This document shows, in pieces, positions 61,024 through 64,000 of a stretch of 64,000 nucleotides of DNA. The position numbers were made by a program, and so were the translations under genes. A model generated the notes under the pieces. The model was not told the DNA's origin. It ran no database searches and was given only the letters and a program-made list of their open reading frames with translations. Within the stretch, counting starts at the first letter, position 1; each line of letters starts with the position of its first letter. Source of the DNA: Bdellovibrionales bacterium (lineage in GTDB: Bacteria > Bdellovibrionota > UBA1018); assembly GCA_018266355.1 (NCBI GenBank), contig JAFEAP010000029.1, forward strand, positions 795,137 through 859,136, written 5' to 3'.

Positions 61024-63207
61024 ATGAACTTCAAAAAGAAGCTGTTTCTCGCCATCCTTATCCCCTCCGTCATCATCTGCGGCGCCCTCCTCGTCGTCGC
61101 GCACCTGAAGGCCTCTTCGAGCCTCAAGACCGAGTTCACGAGCCGCTACGAGGCGGTGAACGGGGTCCTCGCGCGTTCCTTGGTCCAGATCCAGGAAAAC
61201 ACCGATCGTTCCATGATGAACGCAGCGCGCCTCTTCCAGCGCCACGAGGCGGAGTATCCGGGGATCGGCACGCCGGGGTTAAAAAAACTTTCATCCGATA
61301 TCGGCGCCGCGAACGTCTTCGTCGCGGACTCGAACGGCAAGTTCGTCCGCGCGACGAACGACGCGGCGGCGGACATGCCGAACCTGCTTTCGGTCTGCTC
61401 CGGATACGGTAGCCTCTTCGGCCGCGCGCACGCCTTCGAAACGACACCGATCACCTCGTCGGCCGCCGACGGCCTTCCGTATAAGTACATGATCGTGCCG
61501 AATACGGCGGGCAACCGGTTCCTCGAAGTCGCGTACCAAGTCGACTTCATCGAAAAGACGCTCGCCGACGCGATCGGCGCGGACAAAGGAATCCAGAAAA
61601 TCAGTCTTTACTCGGCGGAAGGCGCTTCGCTCGGCGAATTCGGACCGGAGGCGGCGAAGGCCGGCACGGCCCGCGCGCCCCTCGCCTGGAACGGCAAGGA
61701 GGGAGTGCAGTTCGACGGGGACCGCGCGACATTCACGAAGTTGATCCCGCTCAGCGACGCGAACTGCTGCGAGTGCAAGGTCCTCAAGGCGAAGAACAAG
61801 TCGGGTTACGCGTACGTGCTCCAAACCACGGTTTCCGCGGTCGTGCTCGCGGAAGCGCAGGCCCAACTCCGTTCCGCGATGGGCGTCGCCTCGGTGATCG
61901 CCGTAGGCGTCGCGCTCCTGCTTTCGCTCCTCATTTCCCACTTCCTCGTCGCCCGGCTGAACAAGCTTCGGAACGCGATCAACGGCATCTCTTCCTCCGC
62001 GCAGGTCACGAACCGGGTCGGTGGGGAAGGGAAGGATGAAATCGGCGCGCTCGCCTCCGCGTTCAATCGCATGCTCGAGCGGATGGAGAACAGTCACGCG
62101 AAGTTCCTGAGGACCGAGAAGGCGAAGCTCGCCTTAAGCATGACTTCGCAGGTCGCGAACGACATCCGTTCGCCGCTCGCGGCGTTCAACGTCCTCGAAA
62201 CCGACCTCGCCGACATCCCGCGCGAGTGCGTGCAGCTGCTTCGCAGCGCGATCAACCGAGTGAGAGACATCGCGAACAACCTCGTGAATCAGCGCCCGGA
62301 GCTCGACGACGAGGCGGGCACGCCGGAAAACGAAATGCCCCGGGTGAAGCTCGTCTCTTATCTGCTCGAACCGATCGTCTCGGAGACGCGTGCGCTCGCC
62401 CGTCCGGGGGTGAAGATCGAATGCGGCCTCGACGCGAAATCCTACGGATGGTTCGCGTACCTTCAGGCCTCGGAGTTCCAGCGCGCTATCGCGAACCTCG
62501 TGAAGCAGGCGGTCGAGTCGGTCGACGGCATCGGTCGAGTGCGGCTCGAACTCAGCCGCGTCGATCACGAATTGATGATCACGGTCACCGACGACGGGGC
62601 CGACGCGACCGACGAGACGAAACGGGAAACTTTCGAATCCGAGTTGAAACAAGCGCGGACGTCGCTCGAAGCATGGGGCGGTCGGCTCGAAGTGCAGACG
62701 ACGGCCGATGGCGGAACCGAACGCCGGATTTTGCTCCCGATGGCGGAGGCTCCGTTTTGGTTCGTCGATCGAATCGAGGTGCCTTCGAACACCACGCTCG
62801 TCGTCGTCGACGACGATCCGAGCGTGCACCACGTTTGGCAGCGGACCTTCGATACCCACATGCTCGCGAAGAACGATTGCTCGCTCGTGCGCCTCTCTTC
62901 GCCGGAAGAACTCGATCAGTGGATCGCGGCGAACGCGAAGAAGCTTCGCCAATCCCGGTTCTTCGTCGACTACGAATACGTAAACGCGGTCGAGAACGGG
63001 CTCGAGCTGATCGAGCGGCATTCGATCCAGTCCCGGAGCGTGCTCGTGACGAACCGGTTCGACGAGCGGAGCGTGCTCGAGGTCTGCGCGCGGCTACGGG
63101 TACGCATGATCCCGAAGACGATGCTCGGGTTCGTCCCGGTCGAGGCATCGCTCGAGTGGCGATCGCCCGAACGGATCGCGAACCAGTCGACGACGCTCGA
63201 GATTTAG
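61024..63207 (+). CDS. membrane sensor kinase-like protein (periplasmic domain, HAMP, degenerate DHp/CA, C-terminal receiver)
   Basis: 727 aa. TM1 LFLAILIPSVIICGALLVVAHL and TM2 VASVIAVGVALLLSLLISHFLV. HAMP 'GKDEIGALASAFNRMLERM'. H-box position reads 'QVANDIRSPL'. Receiver 'LVVVDDDP...FFVDYEY...VLVTN...IPK'. Confidence 0.8.
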   Translation: MNFKKKLFLAILIPSVIICGALLVVAHLKASSSLKTEFTSRYEAVNGVLARSLVQIQENTDRSMMNAARLFQRHEAEYPGIGTPGLKKLSSDIGAANVFVADSNGKFVRATNDAAADMPNLLSVCSGYGSLFGRAHAFETTPITSSAADGLPYKYMIVPNTAGNRFLEVAYQVDFIEKTLADAIGADKGIQKISLYSAEGASLGEFGPEAAKAGTARAPLAWNGKEGVQFDGDRATFTKLIPLSDANCCECKVLKAKNKSGYAYVLQTTVSAVVLAEAQAQLRSAMGVASVIAVGVALLLSLLISHFLVARLNKLRNAINGISSSAQVTNRVGGEGKDEIGALASAFNRMLERMENSHAKFLRTEKAKLALSMTSQVANDIRSPLAAFNVLETDLADIPRECVQLLRSAINRVRDIANNLVNQRPELDDEAGTPENEMPRVKLVSYLLEPIVSETRALARPGVKIECGLDAKSYGWFAYLQASEFQRAIANLVKQAVESVDGIGRVRLELSRVDHELMITVTDDGADATDETKRETFESELKQARTSLEAWGGRLEVQTTADGGTERRILLPMAEAPFWFVDRIEVPSNTTLVVVDDDPSVHHVWQRTFDTHMLAKNDCSLVRLSSPEELDQWIAANAKKLRQSRFFVDYEYVNAVENGLELIERHSIQSRSVLVTNRFDERSVLEVCARLRVRMIPKTMLGFVPVEASLEWRSPERIANQSTTLEI

Positions 63208-63226
63208 GCGCGCGGAGTCCCCGACG

Positions 63227-63811
63227 TTAAAATTCGATCCCGGTTCTCAGTCCGATGCGGGTGCCGCGGACCTGGTACCCCTTCGATGTCCCGGTCAGGC
63301 GACCGGTCTGGTAGCTCGCGCAGGGTTCGAGGTAGATCTTCGAGTTCCGGGGGCGGATGCGGTAGCTGAGACGGACCATCGGAAGGAAGCCGGATATCGA
63401 TTCGCTCGAATTGACCGACCCCGACCTCGAGTCCAGGCGTCCGAGCACGTAGTCGCCGCCCACGGTGAGACCGAATCGGCCCGTGCGGGCGAGAACGCCG
63501 ACGGTGAGGTCGCTCCCGCGCAGATTTTCCTCGTCCTGGTCGTTCGAGGCTCCGTTTCGCAGATCGAGCGCCGTAAACCGGGAAAAGAGACCGAGTCCGA
63601 AACCGGTCGTTTCGTAGAAGGGTAGCTCGAGGGCCGCGCTGTACGTCATCCCTCCGAAAGCGGCGGTGGCGTCCGCGCTTTCGCTTTCCAAGGCGTTATA
63701 GTTCAGTCCGAAGCCGATTGAACGCACGAACTCCTTCCCGTCATCGGCTTTCGCGAAAGGAGCGGAGGCGAGAGAGGCGAGGGTCAGTAGGACGAGGAAT
63801 TCGTTCCTCAT
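63227..63811 (-). CDS. small outer-membrane beta-barrel protein (hypothetical)
   Basis: 194 aa. Signal peptide FLVLLTLASLASAPFAKA. Alternating strands. C-terminal 'GLRTGIEF' with terminal Phe. Confidence 0.7.
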   Translation of the reverse strand: MRNEFLVLLTLASLASAPFAKADDGKEFVRSIGFGLNYNALESESADATAAFGGMTYSAALELPFYETTGFGLGLFSRFTALDLRNGASNDQDEENLRGSDLTVGVLARTGRFGLTVGGDYVLGRLDSRSGSVNSSESISGFLPMVRLSYRIRPRNSKIYLEPCASYQTGRLTGTSKGYQVRGTRIGLRTGIEF

Positions 63812-64000
63812 CGCAGGACCACCAAATCGTTCGGATTGTCGATTCCGACCGAGGTGATCGGTCCGGCGAAGTTCCCCTGAGCGTCGATTTTATAGACCCG
63901 CTGGCTCGTTCCGTCCGCGGCGAGGACGCTTCCGTCGGTGGTGAAGGCGGCCGCTTTCGGCGTGCCGAGGATGGCGGTGTTCGAGAAATTGAAGTCGACG
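63808..64000 (-). CDS. C-terminal fragment of a beta-propeller/NHL-like protein (partial, start beyond window end)
   Basis: Own minus-strand translation gives ...VDFNFSNTAILGTPKAAAFTTDGSVLAADGTSQRVYKIDAQGNFAGPITSVGIDNPNDLVVLR*. The stop overlaps the downstream start as ATGA. Confidence 0.5.
   Translation of the reverse strand, partial: VDFNFSNTAILGTPKAAAFTTDGSVLAADGTSQRVYKIDAQGNFAGPITSVGIDNPNDLVVLR

Overview
All calls below were made by eye from motifs; no database search was run. The window is GC-rich and very gene-dense, and looks like bacterial chromosome from a Gram-negative organism. The gene content (many lipoproteins and exported proteins, nucleoside salvage genes, a mevalonate pathway, GldAFG-type ABC genes) suggests a Bdellovibrionota/Myxococcota-like lineage, but this is a guess. 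I support about 62 protein-coding genes. I found no rRNA, tRNA, CRISPR array, transposase or integrase. Many long ORFs in the six-frame track are Arg/Asp/Gly/Pro-rich antisense artefacts of the high GC content, and several real genes start downstream of the ORF-track start.

Recognisable core blocks, in order:
- oppB/oppC-like permeases.
- A heptose-type kinase, a GmhB-like phosphatase and a membrane acyltransferase.
- A tdk-upp-hpt salvage operon.
- A GldA/F/G-like ABC system with DUF4340-like and Yip1-like genes.
- nrnA and rimK.
- A TonB-dependent receptor followed by tonB, exbB and exbD.
- lptC/A-like, lptB, rpoN and hpf.
- A translationally coupled mevalonate-pathway operon: fni, mvaA, phosphomevalonate kinase, mvaD, mevalonate kinase.
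- rpsU, yqeY, dnaG, rpoD and an rsmB-like gene.

The accessory-looking right half (45-64 kb) holds the most interesting material:
- A divergent cluster of CxxCH 'planctomycete-cytochrome-like' exported proteins with a Tat-signal DUF1501-like protein, next to an ApbE flavin transferase and an FMN-binding-domain protein.
- Exported phospholipase D and PAP2 phosphatase genes.
- An exported ~865-aa protein that reads like two degenerate uracil-DNA-glycosylase-fold modules.
- A sensor-kinase-like protein whose phospho-acceptor His is replaced by Asn.

Three good sigma-54 (-24/-12) promoter matches precede genes for exported or outer-membrane proteins.
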